Of a stretch of 64,000 bases of DNA, positions 12,626-24,716 are shown one piece after another (position 1 is the stretch's first letter; each line of letters opens with the position of its first letter). Under the pieces are notes generated by a model. It saw only the letters and a program-made list of their open reading frames with translations, was not told the DNA's origin and did not search any database. The stretch lies in contig CATNEN010000030.1 of assembly GCA_950097015.1 (NCBI GenBank), positions 1,922,001 through 1,986,000 of the forward strand, given 5' to 3'. The position numbers and the translations under genes were made by a program. This DNA is from Macrostomum hystrix. Its lineage: Eukaryota > Animalia > Platyhelminthes.

Positions 12626-12949
12626 CCCTGCTCAATATGCATTTTCTAGGAAATAAAGCAGAATGGAATTTGCCGAATGGAAAGTAGATTTCTCTATAAG
12701 ATTACTTTCATTAGAACGTGAACAGTGACTTTAAAAGTACAATTTTTCAATTCAGGTTCAGTAATTGATAGTACACTCGAATATCCAATATCGATTTATG
12801 TTTTTCTAGTTCTTGCAACGTTTTGTTGTACTTTATTTTAACACAGTTTACAAATTGGACAAACAATTTCCGCTCTATCCGATGGCACAGCTTCCAGAAT
12901 CACAACAAAATCTGTATAGTCGAGATATTCAACGATTCATCGTCGGGGT

Positions 12950-13795
12950 GATATAGCGTGGGGGATTCCCCTGGGGGATATAGCGTGGTCTTTCCCCTGG
13001 GGGATATAGCGTGGTCTTTCCCCTAGGGGATTAAGCGTGGTCATTCCCCTGGGGGATATAGCGTGGTCATTCCCCTGGGGGATATAGCGTGGTCTTTCCC
13101 CTGGGGGATATAGCGTGGTCTTTCCCCTGGGGGGATATAGCGTGGTCTTTCCCCTGGGGGATATAGCGTGGTCTTCCCCTGAAGGATATAGCGTGGTCTT
13201 TCCCCTGGGGGATTTAGCGTGGTCTTTCCCCTGGGGGATATAGCGTGGTCTTTCCCCTGAAGGATATAGCGTGGTCTTTCCCCTGGGGGATATAGCGTGG
13301 TCTTTCCCTGGGGGGATATAGCGTGGTCTTTCCCTGGGGGGATATAGCGTGGTCTTTCCCCTGAAGGATATAGCGTGGTCTTTCCCCTGGGGGATATAAC
13401 GTGGTCTTTCCCCTGAAGGATATAGCGTGGTCTTTCCCCTGGGGGATATAGCGTGGTCTTTCCCCTGGGGGATATAGCGTGGTCTTTCCCCTGAAGGATA
13501 TAGCGTGGTCTTTCCCCTGAAGGATATAGCGTGGTCTTTCCCCTGAAGGATATAGCGTGGTCTTCCCATGAAGAATATAGCGTGGTCTTTCCCTGGGGGA
13601 TATAGCGTGGTCTTCCCATGAAGAATATAGCGTGGTCTTTCCCTGGGGAATATAGCGTGGTCTTTCCCCTGGGGGATATAGCGTGGTCTTTCCCCTGGGG
13701 GATATAGCGTGGTCTTTCCCCTGGGATGATATAGCGTGGTCTTTCCCCTAGGGGATAAAGCGTGGTCTTTCCCCTGGGGGATATAGCGTGGTCCT
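12950..13795. repeat. ~26-bp minisatellite (gggatatagcgtggtctttcccctgg)
   Basis: Direct tandem units. Confidence 0.97.
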
Positions 13796-14414
13796 TCTAC
13801 TGTTAATGAAATCCGGTTGGAAACTGCAAAGACTGCAGTTTAGCTATATAGCCACATTCGCAACTTCCTTGTTCTAATGAAGACCAGTTGTTGAACCTGA
13901 TTATCTCAAAGCTGATGCGAGAAAATCAGACGAGATGGACTGTTGCTAATTGCAAGGCTTGCATGACATGAGCTTTAGATAATTTGTATGTATCTAAGTC
14001 GCAACGTCATCTCTAAAATTCCGCCGGCCCTCTTATCAAAACCGGCCCTGTCCCCAGCACCCAGGGCCTCGTGCAGGCTCCAAGACGAGACAAGACCAAA
14101 TTATTATTGATATGGAGAGCCTTTACAGCTCATCACATCCGCGTACTGTTTTCTCCAGTGTTACCGGGCGGAGGTTGCTGTTTCTGAAATCATCTCCCCC
14201 AGTTGCAACTGCGGGCCTGGACCTTCATAGGGCTGAGTCTATTTAAGTGGACACCGTGAGTACCGTTTCCAGTTTCCAGTGTTTTTTTACTAAAAAATAC
14301 AAGTCTTCCAAGCTTTTTCTCTCCTAAATCTGCTAATGGTAAGTCTTTGTGTTTGCTTCTTTCAAATCTGGACCCCAGATTCTAAATCCAGCTGGAGAAA
14401 ATAAAACAAAAGAC

Positions 14415-15105
14415 ACATAGGACTTGGAAAATACACACTATAAAGGACTGGGAATAGACAAATAGGACTTGGAATAGACAAATAGGACTTGGAATAGACA
14501 AATAGGACTTGGAAAATACACACTACAAAGGACTGGGAATAGACAAATAGGACTTGGAAAAGACAAATAGGACTTGGAATAGACAAATAGGACTTGGAAA
14601 ATACACACTACAAAGGACTGGGAATAGACAAATAGGACTTGGAAAAGACAAATAGGACTTGGAATAGACAAATAGGACTTGGAAAATACACACTACAAAG
14701 GACTGGGAATAGACAAATAGGACTTGGAAAAGACAAATAGGACTTGGAATAGACAAATAGGACTTGGAAAATACACACTACAAAGGACTGGGAATAGACA
14801 AATAGGACTTGGAAAAGACAAATAGGACTTGGAATAGACAAATAGGACTTGGAATAGACAAATAGGACTTGGAATAGACAAATAGGACTTGGAATAGACA
14901 AATAGGACTTGGAAAATACACACTATAAAGGACTGGGAATAGACAAATAGGACTGGGAATAGACAAATAGGACTGGGAATAGACAAATAGGACTGGGAAT
15001 AGACAAATAGGACTGGGAATAGACAAATAGGACTGGGAATAGACAAATAGGACTGGGAATAGACAAATAGGACTGGGAATAGACAAATAGGACTGGGAAT
15101 AGAAA
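14415..15105. repeat. 20-bp minisatellite (aaataggacttggaatagac) with 85-bp higher-order period
   Basis: Variant unit aaaatacacactacaaaggactggg recurs every 85 bp between ~14430 and 14790. Confidence 0.95.
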
Positions 15106-15285
15106 CTACAAAGGACTCGGAATGGAACTTGGGGAGAGACAAAGTAAAATGTGGTATTCTAAACATGACACGCGTCTTATACTCTAAATCGACCTTATAA
15201 ATTGTGTTTGTTGGTATCACATGTGAAAATACAACAAGCTATATATAATTACCTTTACTCACTAAAAAATCAGCAGGTAACAAAC

Positions 15286-15351
15286 ATGCATTCTCAGAAC
15301 GCAAGATGTCAATCAAGAGGTGATGTTTCTTCCGATTTCCAAAAAATAACT

Positions 15352-15384
<33 letters not shown>

Positions 15385-16534
15385 CAGCAGCAGCAGCCGG
15401 AGCACCAGCAGCATGATATGTATCGTCGCCTGATAATGGAAGAACTCAAGTGCAAAATTCTTATCAACCGGATGCAGAGCGGCAAGGAGGAAATTGATTT
15501 GTCAAACTTGTCAACAGCCCGGCCCGAACCAAGACCGGTAAATCGGGGGGGCATAAATTGCATATTTTTCCTGATATTGGGTAGGGCAAATTTCACTTAC
15601 GCCTCCAAATAGAAATCACATAATATGGGGGGTAAGTGGCAGAGCGGTCTAACGCGTTTGCCTCCCGCACCAAGGTTCCTGAGCTCGATTCCGCGGCGAG
15701 GCCACATTCATTTGGGGCGCAGCCGCGGTGACAAGGCTTGGGGGCTTGTCGTGCAATTTACGCCCTTGAGGGCTAACCTCCAAGTCACAGTGAGACTGCC
15801 TGACGATTAGTAAGTCAGAGCAGATGTACACACCTGTGTGAGCGTGTGCCTGCGTCCAGTATCTGTGTGCGAGTGTACTCAGTTAGGCAGAACAGCCTCC
15901 TCACTGGCTGCGGTTCTAGTGTCCCCAAATGATGCACCATTTCCCGCAGCCCTCCAGCAATTATTATTATTATTAATCGGCAAATAATTTTCGACCTCCA
16001 CAAACCCTTCGGAGTCCGAAATAATTTGAAAAGGTCCAAAAGTATTCGAAAGGAAGACCCGATTGATTGCAAAAGAGACATGATTGATTGCAAATTAGAC
16101 TTGATTGATTGCAAATGAGACTTGATTGATTGCAAAGGATACCAATTTATTGGATAGGGAGACCCCAAAGGACCCTGTGACACACGTGTACGCTCATACA
16201 TGCATGTTACATGTTTTCTATCCAAATAGAAAACTTAAATGATTATTGAATTAATAAACATTTGTTTCACAGATGAGCGATGAGGCTCGCCGGAAGATGG
16301 AGGACCGCCGGAAGCGCAACAAGTTATCCGCCAGGAAGTGTCGCGAGAACAAGAAATTCAAAGAGATCAACTTGAAATCTGTGAGTCGATTGCATATCGA
16401 GGTTTGTGCATGGGGACTTCTTCAAACCCATTATATTTAAAATTATTTCAGAGACTAAAAGATCTGGAGCAGGAAAACTCTCGGCTTAGAAAATTTCTTA
16501 ATCAGTATCAGCAGATGTTTGGTCAGACATCCAC

Positions 16535-16587
<53 letters not shown>

Positions 16588-16721
16588 TCCATCGGTTCCA
16601 TCATCAGCAGGTGCTTAATCTTTGTCATCAGTGTCACAGGCCGCGGCTGCATCAGCCGGCGGTGTCGGAACTGCCATCCGCGCCAAGCGTCGCAGTAAAC
16701 CCTCACTACATTGTCTGCTAA
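15286..16721 (+). CDS. ATF3/Fos-family bZIP, paralog 3 (exons 15286-15537, 16273-16380, 16452-16721)
   Basis: ATG at 15286; polyQ; LIMEELKCKILINR (ATF3-like N-terminal motif); 108-nt phase-0 exon MSDEARRKMEDRRKRNKLSARKCRENKKFKEINLKS; zipper exon RLKDLEQENSRLRKFLNQY followed by polyQ; GT-AG introns. Confidence 0.9.
15627..15915 (+). mobile_element. tRNA-derived SINE family A (most complete copy)
   Basis: A box gtggcagagcggtctaacgcg, B box ggttcctgagctcgattcc, ~290 bp; lies in intron 1 of paralog 3. Confidence 0.82.
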
Positions 16722-19086
16722 AGCGGTGTCTGCTGACTGCTGACCATTTTGAGAACATAAAAATGATTCGACCTTATTATATAAAAAAGAGTGAACAAAA
16801 GCCTTGGCAGATAGAAATGCTCTAGATTTGTTTATTAACATAGAATCGTAGCAATAGGTCAGTATTTTTCTGCTATTAGTGATTTATGAAATTCTGCTCT
16901 ACAAATACAGCAACAACAGGTTTTGTTTTCATCAATTTATGATTAACTTCCAGCAAGGATTATCGTCTGTATACATTCAAAAAATCATTAATCATTTTAT
17001 AAGCCTCGCGTATTCAGGATAGACATCAAAGGTCATGCATGACATTCATACCAGCTCGGCATTATCGATTTCGATGACTACTTACTTTGGTTTATTTTCG
17101 TTTTTATTCATGGTTATGCAATAAAATATAATAAATGCGCAATAGAAGAAACTGCTTATACGGCAATTATGTACGGCCGAATTGCATGGATTGTGCCCAA
17201 AGAGAGTGTACTAATTTTCTGTCCATGGACACCAAACCATATTTCGACCACAGCTAATGCTTGTATCCACTCTATAGCACTATGATCTGAACTGCACTAT
17301 AGAGACAGATGACGTGAAAGTGTCTACGAAGTATTTTGCTGGCGGAGCCACCGACCGAACGAAATTCAGTTGTGGCGGTGTCGGGCGCCCCGGTGTCGCT
17401 CAAAATGCAGTTCGATCGCTGGCTCCGCCTGAAAGTTCCGTGCAGAGTCCATCTCGACAGCAGCAAGACGTCCTGAACAGGGTGGGGGGCAGTAGCTCTC
17501 GGCCCGGATCACGTACGGCCCGCCAGTTAAAGTCGCGCCGTCGGCGCACAATGCACCGAGGAAGGAATTGCCTTAGTAGGCGCATCTCTAGCAAAAAAAA
17601 GTGTATCCCATTTCGGCCGACCTCTGGGTAAGAATTCCAAAGCGCTATAAAGGCTGGGCTGCAGTCAGTGCTTTAGCTTTAGTCATTAGCATTTTAAGTA
17701 ATGGGTGCATTGTAATTCTAATGGTGTTTTATTATTGCAGGTAAAAACGGTTTGAGCGTAGAGGTTGACCTGTAAGTGTGTGTGCTCGCCGGGTGCGGAA
17801 GCCCCGGGGTGTTCTGGCGAAGGCTGGGACGCTTGTGTCTCCTTTTGGGGGCATTAGAGCAGCTGTCCTAAGATGGCGCACCTGGGTCCTCCTCCCTCCA
17901 TTTGAGTCCAGACACAAGGGTCGTCCGGCCCGTCCTTCCGACGTGCACCGGTCCTTCGGGGCTGGGCCGCCGCGCTTATGCGCGGCGGGCACGTTAGGGG
18001 GCGGAGTCCGCCGCCCCCCAAACCCCCCACGGAACTAAAGCCATCGCAGCTGCTTAAAACTTTATTTTGATAATTTTGGAAATGGGAACAATTCACATAG
18101 ACTTTTTAACCAGGCTAAGAAAGAAGTACATGAAATTCTAAAATGCGTTACCCGTGCTTCTTTTGTCCTAATCCAGGCGGAGAGAAAAAATATTTTTAGA
18201 CTGTGTCAGCCTTTTTGTTGCTTTTTATACTTTTTGGATATGCTTTACAGTTATTCTTGCAGGGCAAAAGTTCCAAAGCGCGCTCGTATCCTGACATAAT
18301 CCCAACCCTAGCTGTTTTGCCGACAAAATATGGTATTTGCCATAAACTGTGATAGAATGTGCATTGTGCTAATGATGTTAGGACTAAGAAAAAAATTTAG
18401 ACAGATTTGGTGACAAAGATTACATCATTACATCATTATTTTTATGTGAACCGTAAGATTTTTTCACCGTTATTGCTTTTTGTTTAATTCAGTTGTTTTC
18501 GTTCTAGTTTAAATTCAAAATTGCACTTCTTCGACATTTGCACAAGGACGACTCAGGCGTTCATACACACTGCCGTCAAATGACTCGTGTTTGGCGTGCA
18601 TTTATTTAATATAAAAAATATATGACGTAGGCCTAACGTACAATAACGTACAATCGTGTGTTCCAGTCTCGTTTTATGGCAGCGTGAATGAGACTTGTAG
18701 CTGCCTTCTAGTTGTACACATTGTACAGTCGATGCTCTCATTATCTTTGTGATGTCTAGCTATATAATTTTTTTAATGCAAACATGTATTTACTAAACAG
18801 GCGTCTTGCCTGATCCAAAGTATCTAATATAATCCATCATTTTTGTTATTCAATCTCAGTTTACTGTATTTATTTTTTATTCTGGCTTTAAGAATGATTG
18901 TATATAGTGCCAATGGGTTCTAGCTTTTTGTCTCCTAGGGAGCAAAAATACAAATAGTTACAATTTTTCTATGTTAGCTAGTCTAACCAAACCATGCTAC
19001 CAACACATGAGAGTGAGACTGAAGAGTAAGACTTATAGCCAAGTAAAATAGTCTATAGGTAGCTATAGCAAATCCTCTAGTAGCTA

Positions 19087-20779
19087 GGTGTTGCAAAAGT
19101 TTCTAGATGGTGGTTGCTGTGCAGTAATAAAATGTTCAAATGAGCTAAAATTTAACACACTACCCCTTAGACATCTGCTCTATTCAATGGTCAAGTGGCA
19201 TAACAATTAAACATACTGAAAAAACTTATAGCCTTTTTTGTAACTTATAAGTTATATGGATTTGATTTTTAATACTATTTGAAAAACCTCTTGATTAACA
19301 CAAATAATTAAAAAAGAACAAGGGTTCCAGACTTGTTGATTAGGGAAAAGTCTTTTTAGTTTTATTCCAAAGAAAGATAGAGTAGCTTAGCATGAGCTAT
19401 AGATATTTTCTTTTAGAATGTAATTTGGGGAGTGCAAGAAATCAAACAAAGCACAAAGTGAGGCAATGTTTTACTTCTGTTTGTTATATTATTTCTTTGT
19501 TTGCAAACGACATAACAACAAAAAAAGTTTAACAGTAACAAAAAGTCAGTAGTTTGGTCAGACACATACATGCGCAACCTCCCAAATCTTAGCCGGCCGT
19601 GCGACTTAGTTTTTGCTCTCATTTGCGACTTAGTTCATTTCATTGCTCTATTTACGACTTAGTGTGCTCTCATTTGCTCTCTTTTTCTCTCCCCTTTTTC
19701 CTTTTTTTCACGCCTTCCTTTTTTGTCCCTTGGTCCCCCCTTTGATTTTTTTGCGCTTGGTTGATTGGTTTTTGTGACTTACCTTGCTGACTCAGACAGT
19801 TCTGAAAAGTCTTGGTCAGTCTTTCTTCTTTCAAACTGGGTAAGTGCCTAATCCAGTAGAGGATGGCACTGAAGCTATTCTTCGGGTATAGAAGGTGCCA
19901 TAAGAATTCTTCGAGGTGGCTTTCAAATAGAGCAGCACTTGTGCCATGCATTTGACGTAGCTTGGCCTTCGCGAAATCTTCAGCTGCAGAATTTCTGTGC
20001 CTTAGCTTCCTGTTCCCCCATATTTGCCAGATTTTGCCATAAGCCCATAAACATAGATCCAAGTGTCAAGTCACAGCAAAGCCATGTCAGCACAACTTTT
20101 TCAAACTCAAAATGCACAGTGTGGCATGAATTCAAACAAAAAAATAATATAACAAACGGAAGTAGAACATTGCCCAAAGTGACTTACAATTTATCAATCT
20201 AACATTTTTCACTCACTGAAATAAGTAGACAAATCAGCCAAAAAATATGTTTGAATTTGGATTGTGGCATTTTTTATTGCATGCCTCACTTTAAACAACT
20301 GAAGCACCTAGCCTATAGTCCAGACATTGCTATTGCTAACTTCCATCTGTTTGGCCCAATAAAGATGTCAATGCCAATGAATATGCTAAGTTTTCACCAT
20401 GCATGAGCAGGTGAAATCAGCTGGACTTATTATGGCAACATTCTGGGAGACTGGCTTTAAGAAACTTATTGAGTGCTAGCAAAAGTGCATTGCCATGGAC
20501 AGCAAATATGTGGAGCAAGCCAGTCCAAACCCAGGTGGCACTTTGGAGAATGACAGCAACAGTGGTAGGAAATGAAAGTTTGAACTTCCAAAAATCCTAA
20601 CAGTATAAAAAAGCAAGTATACACATTTTAAGTGGCTATTAGTCTTGTTTAGTGTGTTAAATTGCTATGCTGCTTTACCATTTAATAGAACAGATATGTA
20701 AATTATAGTAAGTAAAATTTCTGCTCTTTTGGACATTCTGTTCCTCCACAGCAACCAGTCCAGAAACTTTTGCAACACC
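19087..20779 (+). mobile_element. Decayed, internally deleted mariner-like transposon
   Basis: Degenerate TIRs ggtgttgcaaaagtttct (19087) and agaaacttttgcaacacc (20762-20779). Relic C-terminal peptides HLAYSPDIAIANFHLFGPIK (~20305-20365) and C*QKCIAMDSKYVE (~20474-20515) correspond to the mariner motifs HPPYSPDLAPSDYHLF and RWQKC...YVE. Confidence 0.78.
19462..20174 (-). mobile_element. Merlin (IS1595/ISXO2-like) non-autonomous element nested in the mariner relic
   Basis: ~45-bp TIRs ggcaatgtt...; exact 8-bp TSD caaagtga (19454-19461 and 20175-20182); subterminal gcgacttag repeats; relic transposase C-terminus AKAKLRQMHGTSAALFESHLEEFLW. Confidence 0.85.
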
Positions 20780-21245
20780 CCTTGTTCTTTATTCTATTAT
20801 AGACCTACTATTAGTTATTGCTTCGAAATTTGCCATGATATCTATTAAAAGATAAGCCTATTTAGTATAGTTGTATAAAGCTTTTATAAAATAAGTTAGT
20901 TTCTAAACTGGCTAAACCCTATATGGTTTTTAATAGGCAATTTAGAATTGGCAAGTGCTTTATTAGGTCGCTAAGCCTCTTAGATGCTAAAAGACTGGTT
21001 AATATATGTTTATCAGATTTTCCTTGCCTAATCCTACCCATGTCTACCTTAATTTGCCATGTCTTAATTAAAAACTGGCTGAAAGTGATTTTGGGATAGT
21101 GATAAAAGAGTGAAACATATTTACATTTTTTTCAATTTGACTGCAACCTCTTGTAATTCTGAAAAACTACCCTGATGACTAGATTCACACTATCTAATTA
21201 ATGTCCTTGAAGCCAATACTGAGTCACAATCGTATCTTATAAAAA

Positions 21246-22413
21246 ATGCAGCGGGTCCAATTTAAGTCAGCCAAAGCGAATGGGGCAGCAGGTGGCAGTG
21301 GTGGCCTTGTGTCCCGAATGTTGGTCCTAGCCAATCGCTTGCGGGATCCAGCCAGCCGCATGGCTCGCCTCTATGGAATTACATGTGTAACTGCACCACT
21401 GCTGGTGGCGTTGAGTGGCCACCGGTCAGCTAAGCAACAGCTAGCTGATGCGGAACATGATTGGCGCAACTCGCCTGAGAAGCTTAGCGAGCTAACTGCG
21501 GCTCAAACAGCTGCTGCCAACTTTCTGATTGGTCTATACCGCTCTGGTGAAGACTTTCATGCCGCTAAGGTATCTGGCGAATTCAATCGACTTGTTAGTG
21601 AACAGGCCAGCTATGCTGATCCCAGCAAGCAGTTAAACGGCCGGCGCAGCTGGGAAAAGTACCTAGGTCACGTGATCAGGATTCAGGTGAGTAATTGTAA
21701 TTTGTGTGTTATCATTGTTTTCAGGACTCTCAGATTCCCAGCCTCCCAGATCCTCAGGCTGAGCACCTAACGTCTCAGACCCTCAGGTAAAATACCCACC
21801 CAGATCCTCAGGTTAACTACCACCTCCCAGATCGCCAGGTTAATAACCCCCCTCCAGATTCTCAGGTAATTACCACCTCTGAGATCCTCAGGTTAATTAC
21901 CACCCAGATCCTCAGGTTAAGTATCCCCGTCCCAGATCCACAGGTTAATTATCCCCTCCTAGATCCTCACGTTAAGTTGAGCTTCCCGACCTGTGAAAGA
22001 TAGATCTAGATCGATCGACAATAAATCCTCTTCTAGATTGGACTGAAATGGGATAAATGAGCTTCAATCCCTATCTTCTCCCTCCGAAGGGCTTATGGAC
22101 TATCGACTCAGGTCGGCAGGTCCGCGTCCTGGCTTTGGACTCGCAGCGCCTCTGTCTGGTTCTGGACGGCTTAGTTGACAATCGAATTCCGGGCTTCGGC
22201 GAAACCCTCAGCAATGACGGCATCACGCTGAACGTTCGATTAGACGCCGAGGGTCGCATCGAGCAGCTGACATCGCAGCCATTTGGCTGGCGAGTCCTAG
22301 ATAAGGCGAACAATCCGGTGGCCTATTACGGACTGCTGACACCGTTGATTAGAGGCTTTTTTACTCTTTGGTTTGTTGTACTGCCCGATTTGCTCACCAA
22401 CAACCGGTCTTAG
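21246..22413 (+). CDS. SnoaL/NTF2-like domain protein A (exons 21246-21686, 22090-22413; ~254 aa)
   Basis: Phase-0 GT-AG intron joins two ORFs; motifs LVSEQASYADPSKQLNGRRSW and VRLDAEGRIEQL; hydrophobic segments at both ends. Fold call is from pattern only. Confidence 0.7.
21720..21975. repeat. Degenerate intronic repeat (cccagatcctcaggttaa)
   Basis: Imperfect tandem units carrying donor-like cag|gt, starting ~30 bp after the real donor attcag|gtgagt. Confidence 0.8.
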
Positions 22414-22469
22414 TGCCGCATCACTCATATCTATGTACTTTTAGTTCAGACACAACGCCCTTCCGCCCG

Positions 22470-22772
22470 CCTCTGTTCCAATCACAATGCCCCCCAGTGT
22501 TTTCGCCTCTTGTCGAATTATAATACACCCCAGTTCTTCCGCCTCTAGTCCAATCACAATGCCCCCAGTGTTTCCGTCTCTGGTCCAATCACAATGCCCC
22601 CAGTATTTCCGTCTCTGGTCCAATCACAATGCCCCCAGTGTTTCCGTCTCTGGTCCAATCACAATGCCCCCAGTGTTTCCGTCTCTGGTCCAATCACAAT
22701 GCCCCCAGTGTTTCCGTCTCTGGTCCAATCACAATGCCCCCAGTGTTTCCGTCTCTGGTCCAATCACAATGT
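22470..22772. repeat. 35-bp minisatellite (ccaatcacaatgcccccagtgtttccgtctctggt)
   Basis: Tandem units starting ~60 bp after the SnoaL-like A stop codon. Confidence 0.93.
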
Positions 22773-23241
22773 AATAAATAGTGTTGTAATAAACACTATC
22801 CTGAATGTCCTTATTTGCTAACCTTGTTCTATTAATATTAAATTAAAACTGCGTCTTGCTTGTGGATTTGTGCATTTGTTTGAAAGATGAAGAAACTAAT
22901 TGGACGGTACCTGTCCCACTGTTCGAAAAATGTAGTTTTTTGTCAAATCAAAGCGTGTGTTTTGTGTGTATAAAGACCTAAAATTAATAGTGTAATAGAA
23001 AGGGTCCGTTGTGTAGTTGATTAATCAAGACGTCTGATACACAACAAGACACAATTAGTTTACTGTAGTAATGATTTGTTTCTTGAATTTAAGTAAGAAA
23101 GAAATATACTAGAAAAAAAATATTGATCGTGACTTTCTTGTTTTTTGAAGAAAATAGTTTTTATGGATGGTTCATACAATAAATATTACACTAAAAAATA
23201 TAACTAATTTCAGTCCTTAATAGTCCGAGCATTGAGCAGTG

Positions 23242-24330
23242 ATGTCGCACTTTCGCAGCCTATTATTCTTTTCGCCAGCCATTGTCGGCGGCTACATCAG
23301 TTTGGGCTTGGCTGTCAGCACTGTGCCTACCTATCTCAATGGAAGAAGTTACGCTGAGCAGGTTTACCTGCTGCAGAATCTAACTCAGGTTTGTTTTAGA
23401 GTTTTCTACAACATTTTCTCCTAGGCACTCAGTTTGACCACATTTTGACAGTTTGACCAGAAGACCCCTACTTTTAGCACCCACTCTCCCAGACAACCAG
23501 TTTGAACACATATTCTCCCAGATCCTAGCTTGAGCACTTATTCACCCAGATCCCCGATTTGAGCACATATTCTCTCAGACCACCAGTTTGAGCACTTATT
23601 CACCCAGATCCCTAGTTTGAGCACACATTCACCCAGATCCCCATTTTGAGCACATTCTCCCTGGCCCGGCCAGTTTGAGCACATATTCTCCCAGACCACC
23701 AGTTGGAGCACTTATTCACCCAGATCCCCAGTTTGAGCACACATTCACCAGATCCCCAGTTTGAGCACACATTCACCCAGATCCCCATTTTGAGCGCATA
23801 TTCTCCCATGCCCGGCAACTATGAGAAAACACACCCCCATGCCGTCCCAATTCCGCCAGCGGGAGCCCAGCCAACATCAGCTGGCCGCCAAGCGCTACCT
23901 TGACCAGCTGTTCACCATGCGCGAGATGCGCGACTCTGAGCCGGATCCGAGCTGCCTAGCCGACGACGTTGTGTACGAGGAGGCCTCCGTCCGAGCCGTC
24001 GGTCGTCGTCAGGTTTCTCGCTTGGTTGAATGGGCCAGCCGGCATCATCCGATGGGCCACACGGCCCAATCTGTCGCCTATCCGTCAGCGGACGAGCTTG
24101 TGGCAGTCTACGATCTCACCTGGCGAGGTAGTATCAGCGGAAGCTCCATTGTGCGCTGTCCGACCACTGTCAGGGCGCGCCTACAGCCAGACGGCCGGAT
24201 TCAGTCAATACTGTTAGATCTATATGGCGCCGAGACTGTCACTAAGGACAGGAATCCTTTCATTTACCAGCTTCTCGGCCTTGGACCCATTCGTTCGTCT
24301 ATGCGCTTCATTACTTACGTGATGCCCTGA
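23242..24330 (+). CDS. SnoaL/NTF2-like domain protein B (exons 23242-23388, 23860-24330; ~205 aa)
   Basis: Phase-0 GT-AG intron; motifs CLADDVVYEEASVRAVGRRQV and ARLQPDGRIQSI; C-terminal NPFIYQLL parallels NPVAYYGLL in gene A. Confidence 0.75.
23440..23815. repeat. Degenerate intronic minisatellite (ttgagcacattcacccagatccccagt-like)
   Basis: Imperfect tandem units filling the gene B intron. Confidence 0.85.
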
Positions 24331-24455
24331 TTGGCATCGGCATTGGGCTGCACTTTTACAGTGACGCGATTGGGTGCCATTGTCATGGGTTTAACGCTGC
24401 AGCTTAAAGTGGGAAATCTTTAGTATGGTCCTAATCCTGTATGGTAACACCAGAC

Positions 24456-24716
24456 CCTCATTGAGCAGTGTAATAAACACTACCACATCCTCATTGAGCA
24501 GTGTAATAAACACTACCACATCCTCATTGAGCAGTGTAATAAACACTACCACATCCTCATTGAGCAGTGTAATAAACACTACCACATCCTCATTGAGCAG
24601 TGTAATAAACACTACCACATCCTCATTGAGCAGTGTAATAAACACTACCACATCCTCATTGAGCAGTGTAATAAACACTACCACATCCTCATTGAGCAGT
24701 GTAATAAACACTACCA
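24456..24716. repeat. 33-bp perfect minisatellite, ~8 copies
   Basis: Unit cctcattgagcagtgtaataaacactaccacat. Confidence 0.97.

Noticed and set aside
15627-15700. Possible tRNA genes (also 3382, 10111, 46921, 55085, 62135)
   Set aside because: A/B boxes are present but no complete cloverleaf, and each continues into a shared repeat body, so these are SINE heads.
17272-17631. Overlapping 60-105 aa ORFs in a GC-rich patch, possible fourth bZIP
   Set aside because: No NxxAAxxCR motif, heptads or other recognisable domain in any frame.
17993-18002. Telomere-like ttaggg within the GC island as a possible telomerase template
   Set aside because: Only about one repeat of complementarity, too short for a template.
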